From NCBI GenBank assembly GCA_010909165.1, contig MU008159.1, positions 682,001 to 746,000 on the forward strand: 64,000 nt of DNA, read 5' to 3'. Of the stretch, positions 11,720-23,682 are shown piece by piece (position 1 is the first letter of the stretch; each line of letters starts with the position of its first letter). The stretch comes from Anthoceros angustus. Taxonomy: Eukaryota; Plantae; Anthocerotophyta. The translations under genes and the position numbers were made by a program. The notes beneath the pieces are model-generated. The model saw nothing but the letters and a program-made list of their open reading frames with translations. It did not search any database and had not been told where the DNA came from.

Positions 11720-14700
11720 TCAAGAGAACAGAATTTCAAACTCATTTAGCCTGAGATTCTGTTTGTCGGTCCTGATGCAGCCAGCAACATCTCCAGCACC
11801 ATTCTTAGTACCTTTAGGCCTGTCAGAAGTGGATTGCTGATTAGTCAAGACGGCAGCCTGAAACAAGGCTGAGGCCAAGGAACAGAGAGCATGTCGAACC
11901 TGCTTGTGGAATCAGAATCCTGAGAGCTTGAGAGGCTTGCATGGGATGACCGGGTGCGAAGAAGCTTCAGGATGTTGGCCTCCACGGAGTCCTCCACAAA
12001 TAGCCTGCAACATACGACGGAGTGTAAGACTCTCCTTATTGAACACTTTCTTCACAGCCACGACGCCTGATTAGGTTCTATTACCGTTTGATGACTACTG
12101 GCCGCTCCTGCCCCATTCTCCAGCACCGACCAACGGCCTGCTCCTCGAGCTGTAGGACATGGTTTCACATTATTACAGAGTGGGTCCGATGACATAGCTT
12201 CTTTGACGATATCTTGCTTTGGCTAAAACAGAAACTTACCGCTGGGTTCAGGCATGGCTCCAGCTGATCGTTGGGGCGACGCGGAAGTCACAGACGTTCA
12301 AAGCCTCGGATCAGTATGACGAACAATCGAACACAGCAGCAGAGAAGAGGGCGTCAGGAAACAATGATACTTGGCCTGCTAGTCCTCACCATATAGACAT
12401 GGGATGCTGCCGTGAGCGTGATTCCCACTGCACCAGTGCGAATGGAGAGGAGGAAAACAGTTGTGGGTGGATCCTGTGAACAGTCGAACAAGTCTATGTT
12501 AAGCTCTTGCCCAGTAGGTGGCTGACTACACCATTAAACACTAGTCACCAGGCTCACATCGAAGAATTAAGCAACAGAATCTTAGTGCACCTTTTGAAAT
12601 GCTTCAATGGCCTGAGCCCGCTTCTTCATGGGCATGTCTCCGCTGATGAACCTATAATTAACACCTTGTTTCTTGAATTCGGTCTTCAACCAGGCAATTG
12701 TTTGCATAAACTGGCTGAAGATAAGAACCTGTGCCAAAGGAGATTGATGTCATATGAAACACACAGGTTATTTGACAAAGAAGTACTCAGTCATGTTGCC
12801 GTGTCCAGGTACCTTGGCTCCTTCATTTTCCTGCCTGATTTTAGCAAGATCTGCCAGCAGAACCTTCAGTTTGGAGTCCATCTGAACTCCCTTGATGGCA
12901 TCAGCATCTTCCGGTCTGCTACCGGAGAAAGGAGCAAGCTCTTCGAAGGAAGCAAGATCCACAAGGGGCAAAGCAGCATCTTTCAGCTTCGGCTGATGCG
13001 TGACGAGCTGGGAAGCTGTGAGTGCACTTCTACATACTGGACAGGCCTCCGAGCCAATGCCAAGGGCTGACATGACACATTCACAGCAAAACCTGCAGAG
13101 ATATCCCGGACTTCAGAAGGCAGTGAGAGTTCCCCCAAGCCAGAATCAAGAATTTGCAAGAAACGTAGTCAGGCCTGCAACAACATTAAGCACAGCCCAG
13201 GAATGTAATCACCAGTGGCCACAAGGCGTCTTTGTTGGACACTCCATTAATTCAAAACAAATTCCGCATTCTCCTTGAGGATCTCCCAAGCCCGTTTCAG
13301 TTGTCAGTGATGGAGACGAAGTGCTAGGACAGAAATCCGCCACAGCTCCGGCACTGTTTGGCTCGCTCTTGTGATGCATATTGAGCTCAAGATCGGAGAC
13401 AAATCCTCCACTGCAAAGCCTGCGGAATAAGAGAAACAATTTTCAGGTTCATACATCTTCCTGGTCTATTTGGGCGGTGTCAAAACAGCATCACCCACAT
13501 GCAGAGAAGAGTTAGATATCACATAGAAACGCAGTTGTTCATGTTATCATGCATCAGATCAGGAACGTCTGCGACATAGAGATTTTTTAGCCTGTGCTGT
13601 CTTTCACAAGCAAAGAACAGAGCACATCGCAGACCACAAGTTTCCAGTTACTAGAAATCCCAGTGTGTTTTTTTAGCTCAAGCTTGCACCGACATGTTGC
13701 ATACCTCCGTAGAGGTAGAAGAAGTGACATTATCTGTAGGATATTCTTGCTCACTACAGTTGGGCCCCAGCACCGAAACTCTTCAAACTTTGTGATCACC
13801 TTCTGATACACACTCTCATAAGCAGTGCGTTCCTCTAAAGTAAATCTCACTGGAATATCTTGCTCAGTTTTAGGTGGCAGCCTTAGAAGCTCCCTCCCGT
13901 TAAACTTTTGCTGCTTAGTGTGTCGGATCATCATCTGAAAGTCATTTCCATCATCAACAGGCTCAGGTCTCTGGGTAATGGTTCTTTACCAGACAGACAA
14001 GAGGCTGACCAAGAACATGTGTTAATTTCAATTCTGCAGCAATCAAGCTCATCAGACTTCCAACGGAGCAGAACTTTCATGGTTTTCCTTGATCCTGTTT
14101 CTCAACAGGACATGAAGATTCATACCCAAGATTAAGCTAATTGAGATTCATTTAATTTGTTTAGAGTAACTCAATTCACTCACCTTATTCAGGGTCCATA
14201 AGAGAACTGTTTGATCATCACTTTTACAATGTCGTTCGTAAGGCCGACCAATTCTTCTCCGAAAGATTCCTTTGTTATCCAGTGGCTCCAACTTCAGAAA
14301 CAGAAACTGCACCGCATGGGTCCAGCCATTTCTTTACATTTTCATTACAAGGTGCATATTTGGAGTCATAATTAGAGAGCAGCTGTTGAAATTAGAAAAG
14401 AGCCTTTAAAATCCCCACTCAGGACATGGTTAGGCATCTTTCTGATCTTCACATGCTTCTTCCAATTTTATATACAGAGTCGTAAAACTATTTCGGGTTT
14501 GGAAGAAATTAAGCTTCTTAGGATGCAGGGTAAGAGTCAAATTCTTTATAAGAAAGCTTTTGGATATGGAGCAATCAAATGGACAAGTCCCGTAGACGAA
14601 ATCAATTTTTCGGACAGGACCTCAGCATTTTCTTTGGGCAAGGAGCAAAGCTGTAGCAGAACTCACCTGTCCATAAAGATCATAGATGCTGGTATTAATG

Positions 14701-17700
14701 GGTGTTCCAGTGCAGCACCACCGCCTATCTGCTTTCAGCTTCGCACAAGCACGGGAGTGCAGTGGTGCAGGGTCCTTGACCTTGAAAAAATAGATTTATA
14801 ACAAGAATCTCAGTGATTAACCCCATCTCCCGGTATCACCGTTATTTGCTTGACAAGTCTTTCATGAAAATACAGAAATCCATTGTATAAAGAACTCACA
14901 GTGTGAGACTCATCAAGAACAACCCTCCACCAGTTGACAGTAAGTAGAGGACAGAACTGCTCAGCAAATCCAGCACCGTGCCTTGTTGCCTGTGTCGCCT
15001 TGCTGAAGTCGCTTCCTAAAGTCGCATATGTTGTGATCACCTATTAAGCAGATGGGAGTCTCATTATTGAGAAATTCCTTCCAGCTTACGCAGGAGTGAG
15101 GTACAAAGTAAAACACAAGGTACAAATACTAACAATATCAAATTTGGCAAGCTTCTTGGGGTCCCTGATCCTGCAAAAGGAGGTTATCCAAGATGAATCA
15201 GAGTGAAGTCTTGCAAGGTGAACTCAAGAGAGAATTCTGACCCAAAAGTCACTGTTGATACCTCTTGGATCCATGATACATATAAATGCTGAGATTTGCT
15301 GCTAGTTTGCTCTTCACTTCATTGGCCCATTGTCCAACTATTGAAACTGGGCATACAACTTGAGAAAACACGAAGTGTCATCTGTTCAGTCGCCATGCCC
15401 TCAAAAGACTAAAGGTTCACAATGCTGGAGGGCAAAAGACTTACTAAGAGTTCCCTTCGAAAAGGCAGGTACAGCCGAGCACCTTTCTATGGAACATGGA
15501 TTTGCAAGTATAAGGGCTAAAATCTGCAGACGACGTACGTTAGACGAAGAATGGGAGAGATGAGTTCGCCTCAAGTGCGAAGACTAAGCGACTAAGAAAA
15601 CTTGGGTCAGCAGGCAGCTTACCTCAATGGTTTTTCCTAGCCCCATCTCTTCACACAAGAATCCGCCCCTAATTGCAGGAGCATCATCCCTTCCATCCAT
15701 AAGATGCCCAAGTGAGGCAGAATAAAGCAGCGGAGGACTTGATTCTCCACAAGGAGGAAGGCGATGGTAATTCACACTCAGGAGTCCCCCTTCTCTGTGC
15801 TCTGCGTCAAGCATAAACTGAAGAGATTGTCTCTGGTAGGGCCTGAGAGGAACCGTCAGGCCCGAAGGCTGATCTGCTTCTCTGTAACCATTACTCTCGA
15901 GATCTTTCAGTAAGCCAGCAAAGGACGCCCAATCATCTGTGCTTTCGACCCATCGCCGCATTTGATCAACCTGCATTGACGAGCAGTTAGTACTTGTGTA
16001 ATACTTGGGCAGAGGCACTGAAGATTATTGTCACACCTATGTTCTCATTATGTAGTTCAAATTGTTTGTTGCGATAGACTTCTTTCATCGTGTTATTTCT
16101 CTTGTCAATTTTAGAATCTTGTTGTCACCTGCGACAGATACTCTTGGAGAGGCAGATTATCAGGAAAGATTTCGTGCAGGAGCTCCTTTAAAGTGATTAT
16201 TTCTTCCCCTCTTTCTTTCCTCAAAAAGATTCGGATATGAGCAGTGCCAGTATGTTGGTAACTTGATTCAGGGATCACAGTTATAATAACTTGTAGTTGA
16301 CCCTGTGCTTCATTCAACCTGGAAAAGCGGCAGAGTTGAAAATGTAACTAGTCTAGCGCTGGAATTCGAATTCCTCACCTTACTCTCCACAGCTTCTGGG
16401 TAAGATCCTGTTTCATTTTGATTTGCAGGCAGCTTAGAGGACACTAAAGGTGCCTTGGCTCTTTCATGTTGGACCGCTGGCCAATCAAGTATAACTTAGG
16501 CCAATATTATGCTTTGTGCGTAGAACGACTCCTCTGCTTGTTTTTTAGACTTTCAATGGCTCATAGGAAGAACGACAGGAAGCTCAGCTCAAAATAAGGA
16601 CAAGGCAGGGGTTTAGTCAGAGTTGAGAAATGTACATACATGAGCTCATCGATCAAGGCATCATAACTGTGCACCCTTCCATCATGGTGATGAATGTCGG
16701 CGGAGGATGATGAGCTGGAAGTTCCAAGCACATCCACGTACTGAAACTGCTCAGGCCTAGAGTCAGGAGGTCCTGAAGCATCAAGAAGCGCAGGCATGAG
16801 GGTCACAAAATCATTTTTTCAAATGACAGAGCGAACAACAGCAGCCTCCAGTAGTAACCAACGCAGCTGCTCCTTACCACATTCAGGAGTGGGACAATTC
16901 TTGGCAAAAATCTCCATCGAAAATCTGTCAAGTGCCTCCACCAAATCCACCAAACTCTTGTGCTGCTGGCGCGACTTGATGGGAACACTCACACTCCCAA
17001 ATTCAAACCACCTTGAGATTCCACCATGGTCGAGAGTGAGTAAGCCCTCAGGTGTGCAGTTCAAGAAATGTAACAAGCAAGCGCACTCACTGGAGATCGG
17101 TGGACGGGTCCCCTCGGGGAATAAATCCCATAGACGATGCCCCAAGGCACGACGACGAGAAGCACTCAGCATCCGGCGACTCGTCGTGCAGCAACTTATG
17201 CTCCCCCGAGCTCCCTCCATTGCACCCACACATGGCCAGGGAGCAGAAGGAGGGCCCATACAGCCCGTGCGAGAGCCCGCTCATGGAGCTGGGGCGGGGA
17301 GACACAGCCGCCATACCGCCCCCATATCCCAATTGCCCGGGCCCGGACACGTCGGAGCCTCCGAACCCATGGCTCGATTTCTGAGCTCGAGTCGCCCAGT
17401 ACCAGGACGACCCCGTGGCATTGCAGTGATCCGAAGCCTGCAGCCCGTTCCCCCAGAGCCGGCAGGGCGCAACCTCCTCACAGGCGTGGCAGTAACACTG
17501 CCCACAACCCGCCCACAGAAGCGCATTCAAAACCCAGCAAAACCCAACAACGCTGCAACAGCCCACAGGCACAAACGGGCATGCGGACCAACCTTATTGC
17601 AGCAGGCGCTGTTGGAGACAGCAGGCGAGGGCGCGAAGGGGAAGAGCACGCACACATGGCGGGGGTGCGGGAAATCCCGAAACATCACCTCGTCCGGGGA

Positions 17701-18213
17701 GTGGGCGTGGGCCATGACGCCCATGCCGCCCCCGCAGCTCATGCTGTTCCCGCTGTCGTCCAGCAGCATGAGGTCGGGGTCGGAGGCGAGCGCGGCCCCG
17801 GACGCGGCCGCGATCCTGTCGCAGCCGGAGGTGGCGTAGTCGGCGTGGGCCTGGATCCGAGGCTTCTTCGGGCCCCCGGCGCGGCCGCTGAAGTGCGAGA
17901 GCGAGTCGTAGTACGCATCGTCGGGCTCCAGCCCCTCGTAGAAGAGCGCCAGCGGCTCCCCTTCCGGATCCACCTCCGCCTCCGGCTTCCCCGACGAATC
18001 CAACGACTCCAGGCTGTGGTCTTTGCTGCACGGCTCCCCCAGCGCCTGCCCCTGCGCCTGCAGATGCAAATACTCCCCGTACCCCCCGCCGCAGGCCTGC
18101 GAGCTGGTGCAAGATGAGAAGGGCGAGCCTTGGTCCCCCTCCACCTCCCTCTCCCTCCCCTGCTGCTTGCGCTTGTTGCACGCCGCTTCCGATTCAGCTG
18201 CAGCAGACATCAT
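11720..18213 (-). CDS. SNF2-family (RAD5/RAD16/SHPRH-type) helicase with embedded RING finger and N-terminal RIN13-like Cys/His domain, multi-exon
   Basis: Motif I GGFLCEEMGLGKT (~15630-15670), motif II VLDESH (~14910), RING CGICFELMECPTKTPCGHW..CPVCR (~13040-13270), FLLSIRTGAVGITLTAASHV, and motif VI EEQAVGRCWRMGQ (~12130). Last exon ends NLRLNEFEILFS*, TGA at 11720-11722. ATG at 18213. Internal exon boundaries are only partly resolved. Confidence 0.85.
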
Positions 18214-19141
18214 CGGACTCCTGCCAGTGTGGCCAGTGCACGCAACCGATCATTCCCCTCCCGCCTCCCAGCTCGCAGCTGCGAAGCAGCCGAGGAAGGC
18301 GAGACTGGCACAGGAAGGCGATGCAGTGTGAGAGATGCAGAAATCGGAGCCTGCGAATGTGGCTCGTTGCAAGGCAAGAAGAGGGGCCGGGGGTATGATA
18401 TGAAGCCATGCCATGTCCTAACGACCCGGCCCCGTCGCATTTCAAACGCACCGGACAGCGGCTGTGCAGTGTTTGGTGTCCCGGGGCAGGGGACGCAACG
18501 GCACACCAGGCGTTACAGCCACGCGTGGCCGCAGCAAAGCAAGAAGTCAGCGAGCAGGAGCCGTTACGCCTCCCCCGTTCAGTTACACGCTACCATTGCG
18601 GTTACAGGTTACAGCAGGGCCGGCCGGCCAGGCGTCGCCTCACCCGGCTCGCCTCCCGTGCCCCGCAACCCCTTCTTCTTTACGCTGCACTCTCACCTAC
18701 CAACACATTGCATCCCATGCCACTGCATTCCTTTCCAATGCAAGCTTCCCTTGTCTGGAGCTCACGGAATCTCGCCGATCGCATGCAGCTTCGCAACTCT
18801 CCGCTCTGCGCATCTGCTCGTGGCAACGATTTTGCCTACAGCGATGTGCCCTAATGCGCGCCATGTCTTCGGACTTCCTGACCTGACACAGCGCTTCATT
18901 CTTCTGCACACGAGGCTACTTCCGGAGCATTTCAATTTCAGCTCCGTTCGTGGCTCCCGAATCGTCCGGGTTGTTGCCACAAAAAGAAGCAAGGCGCTTC
19001 GAGGAAGCAAGATCAGCAAGGAGCACCGCAGCTGTCTTTCTTGAAGAATCTGCTACACTGCTGTAGCCTTCTTTAGCATAAACGCCACCACTACCACGGG
19101 CTGGGAACAGCGAGTGCGGTGAGAAATTCTCGCACCTTGAA

Positions 19142-19680
19142 CGTAGGTTACTTCTTGCTCACATCAAACTTCACAGTCGCAAGAGGGATTGTCCGTAGGT
19201 TACTTCTTGCTCACATCAAACTTCACAGTCGGAACAGGGAAGCTAAAAACTTCAAAAGGCAAGCTAAAAACTTCAGTCGCAAAAGGAATAGATGGTTCAG
19301 AATTGTGGAACCCCATTGCACCATCATGTGTGGAGTGTCCCCTGCTTAGAGGGAGCTACCTGGGGCAAGGCAGGGTTCAAGCCGGGGAGATTGGATGAAT
19401 CCATCTACTGAAGGTCAAAGGGAGACCCCAAGGGTCACAATGAAGAAAAGGCAACAAAAAGCTCAATGTCTAAAATCACCTACACCGCCTACAATGTCAT
19501 ACTAAAGAGATTATTAGGAAGATTGAACTACAGCGCCTACAATGTCATAACTAGGAAAATTGAATGGCCTGCTGAAAATACTGAACTGGTCGAGGATGCA
19601 TATCCAGCATATCCAGCTGAACTAAACTGGTCGAGGATGCAATGCATCTCCAGCTGAACTAGTCGAGGATGCATCTTCAC
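19142..19680. repeat. Cluster of short direct repeats, probable transposon remnant
   Basis: cgtaggttacttcttgctcacatcaaacttcacagtcg x2 (19142, 19194); aagctaaaaacttca x2; gcctacaatgtcata x2; gtcgaggatgca x3. Confidence 0.75.
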
Positions 19681-19825
19681 TAATTGAGGATGCCATATCC
19701 ACCGAAATCAGTAAGATAGCCCTCCAAGTGCCCTTTGGAGGGCAATGGACACCACAAGGGGGCAAGCTAGTTTCTAAGCACTAATAAGCATGAGATGGTT
19801 TGACGCTTCAAAAAATTGAACTGCA

Positions 19826-21010
19826 TTATTCCGTGAGCGTGGCGGAACTTTCCAATAGCATCACATCAGGCTTTGATACGTTTACAGCAACATCAAACCG
19901 CGGCAGGAAAGTTCCAACGCTAAAGCTATTCAAAAACCCACGCGGCTCCGCATCCTGGGGCAGGCGTATCAAGTGGCTCGAGTCATACATCACAAGACCA
20001 GCTGGATAATGTGGCGTACTAGAAACGACACCAACATACAACCTCCTCAAATCCCCTCCGCATGCGGCATGAAAGAACAGTGATCCAGAGCGACCAGTGA
20101 TCTGGGGCTGCGTAAATATGGTGACATCGAATCGCCCACAAATGCTCTCACCCAGTGGACTTGGCCGTAGGTGACTGTCGATAATGAGGAGCCACACCAA
20201 TGTCCAAGGGAGACCTGCCCTAGGGTTTGAGATCCTCGAAAAGACCATCTCTAACCGATTGTGTTCCACAACGTAGCCCACAATTCGAACGTCTCCGGAT
20301 CCGGTGTGGAACGGGAAGTAAACCATACCTTTGGATACTGCGACGCCTGCATCGCCAATCAGACTGTCGCCTTCAGGTCCGGACCAATTACCAGCTTCCC
20401 GCCTCCACCTCGAGGCACCGGAATCGTACACGTGAACCGTAAAGCACCTGTTATATCCGAACAACGGGAACTGGAAGCAAAGGATTTTGAAGCCCCCAGG
20501 CTTGGTATTCGCATCCACCATAACATGCACGTAGTGGGCATCGCGTGCACAGAGTTCCCGGTCGGCAACCACATGCTGCCACCTCTGGAGCAAAGGATTG
20601 CCCACCCAGTAGTGCCAATACCGGTTTCCAACGGCATCAACAAGACTCTCCCGCAGCAGCACCAGCCCGGACTTTCCTGCAGAACCTCCGCACACCTCGA
20701 GCTGGTTCACTCCTGCTGTGGGAACATGGAAGCCAAACCACCTGGCAGAAACCGGGTCGTAACCACGCAACACGGCCTCAAACGGGCCGCGGCCCGACGC
20801 GTCGAAACACCTCGTACGGCAAAGGAACAACCACGGTTGCCCTTTGTCGGGCCCGACAGCTTCATGAGACGTGATAATCCGGTTCCACGTCTTGCACACC
20901 GATCGCACCTGTGCCAGGCTCACAGTCGGTAACCGACGTAAAATATCTGCCAGCAGATCGTCCGGTAGGGCGTCCAGCCCGCATCTCCTTGTCCCGCCTG
21001 CAGCCTCCAT
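19826..21010 (-). CDS. F-box protein with C-terminal beta-propeller-like (Kelch/FBA-type) region, intronless
   Basis: F-box LDALPDDLLADILRRLPTVSLAQVRSVCKTWNRII, then YDPVSARWF, WVGNPLLQRW and VHVYDSGASRWR. First ATG at 21010; the ORF track extends further on a non-ATG start. Confidence 0.85.
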   Translation of the reverse strand: MEAAGGTRRCGLDALPDDLLADILRRLPTVSLAQVRSVCKTWNRIITSHEAVGPDKGQPWLFLCRTRCFDASGRGPFEAVLRGYDPVSARWFGFHVPTAGVNQLEVCGGSAGKSGLVLLRESLVDAVGNRYWHYWVGNPLLQRWQHVVADRELCARDAHYVHVMVDANTKPGGFKILCFQFPLFGYNRCFTVHVYDSGASRWRREAGNWSGPEGDSLIGDAGVAVSKGMVYFPFHTGSGDVRIVGYVVEHNRLEMVFSRISNPRAGLPWTLVWLLIIDSHLRPSPLGESICGRFDVTIFTQPQITGRSGSLFFHAACGGDLRRLYVGVVSSTPHYPAGLVMYDSSHLIRLPQDAEPRGFLNSFSVGTFLPRFDVAVNVSKPDVMLLESSATLTE

Positions 21011-21351
21011 GCTTTCGACTTCTCTACGCGAGCTCGTCTCCTCGTCTCCTTGGCGGACCTCGGGTGAAGAAGAAAAGAGTGAGAGAGACCAAGCTGAATT
21101 CACCATTTCTACTATCCGAAGTGAGGAGTTTCCATGTTAGAGAGCATTTCTGATCCATCTTCTATGGCTTTCCCTTTTAGTTGTGAGGAGAGGCCATCCA
21201 TGACTGCTTCAACTCAAGTATAGAAGCTGTGGTTTCAAGAATTGCAGCATCCGAATGAGGCAGGCCTCGACAGTATTTAAGAAAAGGCACTAGTACGAGG
21301 ATGGAACACTGCCTCAGGTTTCTTTAATTTCTGGGGGTCTAAGTAGTTAGG

Positions 21352-23090
21352 ATGGGAGCGTGTGCCAGTCGGGATGGTGCTGAATCTGCTGGACAGAGCA
21401 GTGGCTTGGGATGTCTTTCTCGTCCTTCTGGGAGAAAGACACGTTTGCATTCGAACGCCGAAGAATCGATACCGGCAGCTCATTCGGCAAACGCAGTGGA
21501 CTTGAATGGTGAGTGGCACCAGGGGCAGGACGAAATTGCCCGGCAGCATGAGGAGGAAATATCAGCTATCAAGTGCATTTTTTGTGAAACAACTCTTCGT
21601 TCTTCCAGTGCCGAGAGTCAGAGACTTCAGAAATTGGAGTCCGTGTCCCTAAAATGGCGTAGGAATCTTGAAGGGAGGGACGTGGATATGTCCTGGTGCT
21701 TGGAGGAGAGAGACTTTGTGCAGGTGTACAATCTTGTTTCTGCTGTTTGCTTGGCGTTGGAGTGTAAGAAGTTGCTGAAGCAATCGTGTTCCCGGATTTT
21801 GGAATGCGGACATCGCTGTGGAGGAGTTCGAGCAGAACGTGCTTGCCTTCCCTGTCTAGAGGTTGATCGTGCTAACCTAAATGACGCCTGTAGACATTTC
21901 TTTCCGTTCGTGAGAATGCTATAGCTTTTCGAACGACTGATTTGACACCCTTTCCTACATTCCGCAGGATGGCTGTCGATCAGGTCCATGTGCTGGTCAG
22001 ACGGTCTTCACATCCGGGGACGAGCTGTGTGCTATATGTATGGTGGATCCTATTAAACGAGCACCTGCCATACTGCTGACCTGTGGGCATGTGGTGCACG
22101 CGCACTGTGCAAAGAGGAAGATTGAGGCGGGATTTCCAGGCCCCGAAATCAGTTTCACTTTCCTCGAGTGTCCACAATGTGCCCAGGTCATGCAACATCC
22201 AATTTTAGAGCTCTATGCGATGAAGCATGAGCTGATGAGAGACCTGGTAGGAAACTAATTCTATTCGTCCAGAGGGTGTGCGGTTTCTTGGTGGAGCAAT
22301 ACCTACCTCTTCATCTCCTTCAGAGAAGAGATCCTGAAGCTTGAGACATTTCGCTGTGCAGGTTAGGGAAAGGGTAATAGAGCGGCTCAAGGAGGATCAA
22401 ATGGAAGAAGAGCGCAGGCTCAAGCGCAAGGCTTCTTCTACTGAAAGGGCGGGCCGTCTCGCCCGGCTGTGGACTAGCGCGAGGGAATTCGCGGCAAGGC
22501 CCTATTCAGGGGGGCCTTCAAAGTCGAGGGTAGAGTCGAAAGTAGAAGTAGCCGAGGAGGTGAAAGTAACCGAGGAGGTGGTCATAGCTGCCATGAAGAA
22601 GTATCAGTATTACTTGTGCTTTAACTGTAAGGAGCCATATTTTGGTGGTATTCACGACTGCCGAGCGGGAAATGGAGGGTGCGTGATGGGCAAAAGACGT
22701 CAGTTTCTCTTCTTGATTGATTTCAGATTTCTGGACTCGTTTGCAACTTACATCAACAATGCTTGCTTGTGCAGGGAACACGCTTGTGATCCGCGCAAGC
22801 TCATGTGTGGCGGCTGTTCTGCCGCCGGGGGTTTTTTCGCAAGATGTAAGGTGGCCGGGCATGGCACTAAGTACCTCGAATACAAGTGCAAATATTGCTG
22901 CAGCAAGGCTGTTTTTGTTTGTTTTGGAGAACACACTTGTGCCTATCACCATGAAAGGTTGCTCGGGCCGAGCAATATAATCCCTGGCGAGTGTGGAGGC
23001 CCTGGGTATTGCCGTTTGGGGGTTGAGCATCCCCCAAATGGCCAAGAGTTCTGCCTTGGCTGTTCTCTTTGTCGTATGCGAGGACAATAA
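21352..23090 (+). CDS. MYCBP2-like: Stand-alone MYCBP2/Highwire/RPM-1-type RING-Cys-relay E3 ubiquitin ligase, 4 exons, ~473 aa
   Basis: Exons 21352-21861, 21968-22246, 22362-22678 and 22775-23090, all GT-AG and in frame. Contains CSRILECGHRCGGV..CLPCL, RING-H2 CAIC..CGHVVHAHC..FLECPQC, and the tandem-cysteine domain YQYYLCFNCKEPYFGGIHDC...DPRKLMCGGC...LEYKCKYCCSKAVFVCFG...HPPNGQEFCLGCSLCR. Confidence 0.88.
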
Positions 23091-23597
23091 CGAACCATTT
23101 GTTTTTGCGGAAAACAATTCAAATTAAATGTTTACAGCAAATAGCTGTAAGAGTTGATTACAAAAAGAACCAAATTAGGCTTCCATATCTGTTGAGAAGG
23201 AAGGCTCGCTGCCCCCTCGCGATCACGACCTGAGCCAGTTTAATCAATTTACCTTCTATTTTCTGTAGAGGCCGCAAGAGAACGTCACCCTGAACTCTTA
23301 TGAGGAGCTCCCGCTTGGTAGCCTCCGATAGGAGACCACTAATGTCACACATTGGTAAATGGAGACAAGTGCAAGGATTATCAACCGCCGCTGTGCCAAG
23401 GATATGGCTTTTCTGGTAGCTTGGCTGAATGTGAGGGAATCCGCCATGGGAACATCACCCTACGGAGCTGTTTGCACCAGTTTGGTCAAAACTTGAGTGA
23501 ACCTATCCAGTCCCCAATGAGAGTCATGCTGAACGGCAGCATCTCAGCGCCAGGAATAAGCGTCCACAGCAATAGTGAGTCAGACAACCAAAATGTG

Positions 23598-23682
23598 GAG
23601 CAGCCTCATCGTATGACATCCCATCAAGCTCGTCCATAAGAGCAGCCTCATCGTATGACATCCCATCAAGCTCGTCCATAAG
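23598..23682. repeat. Perfect 42-bp tandem duplication
   Basis: gagcagcctcatcgtatgacatcccatcaagctcgtccataa at 23598 and 23640. Confidence 0.95.
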
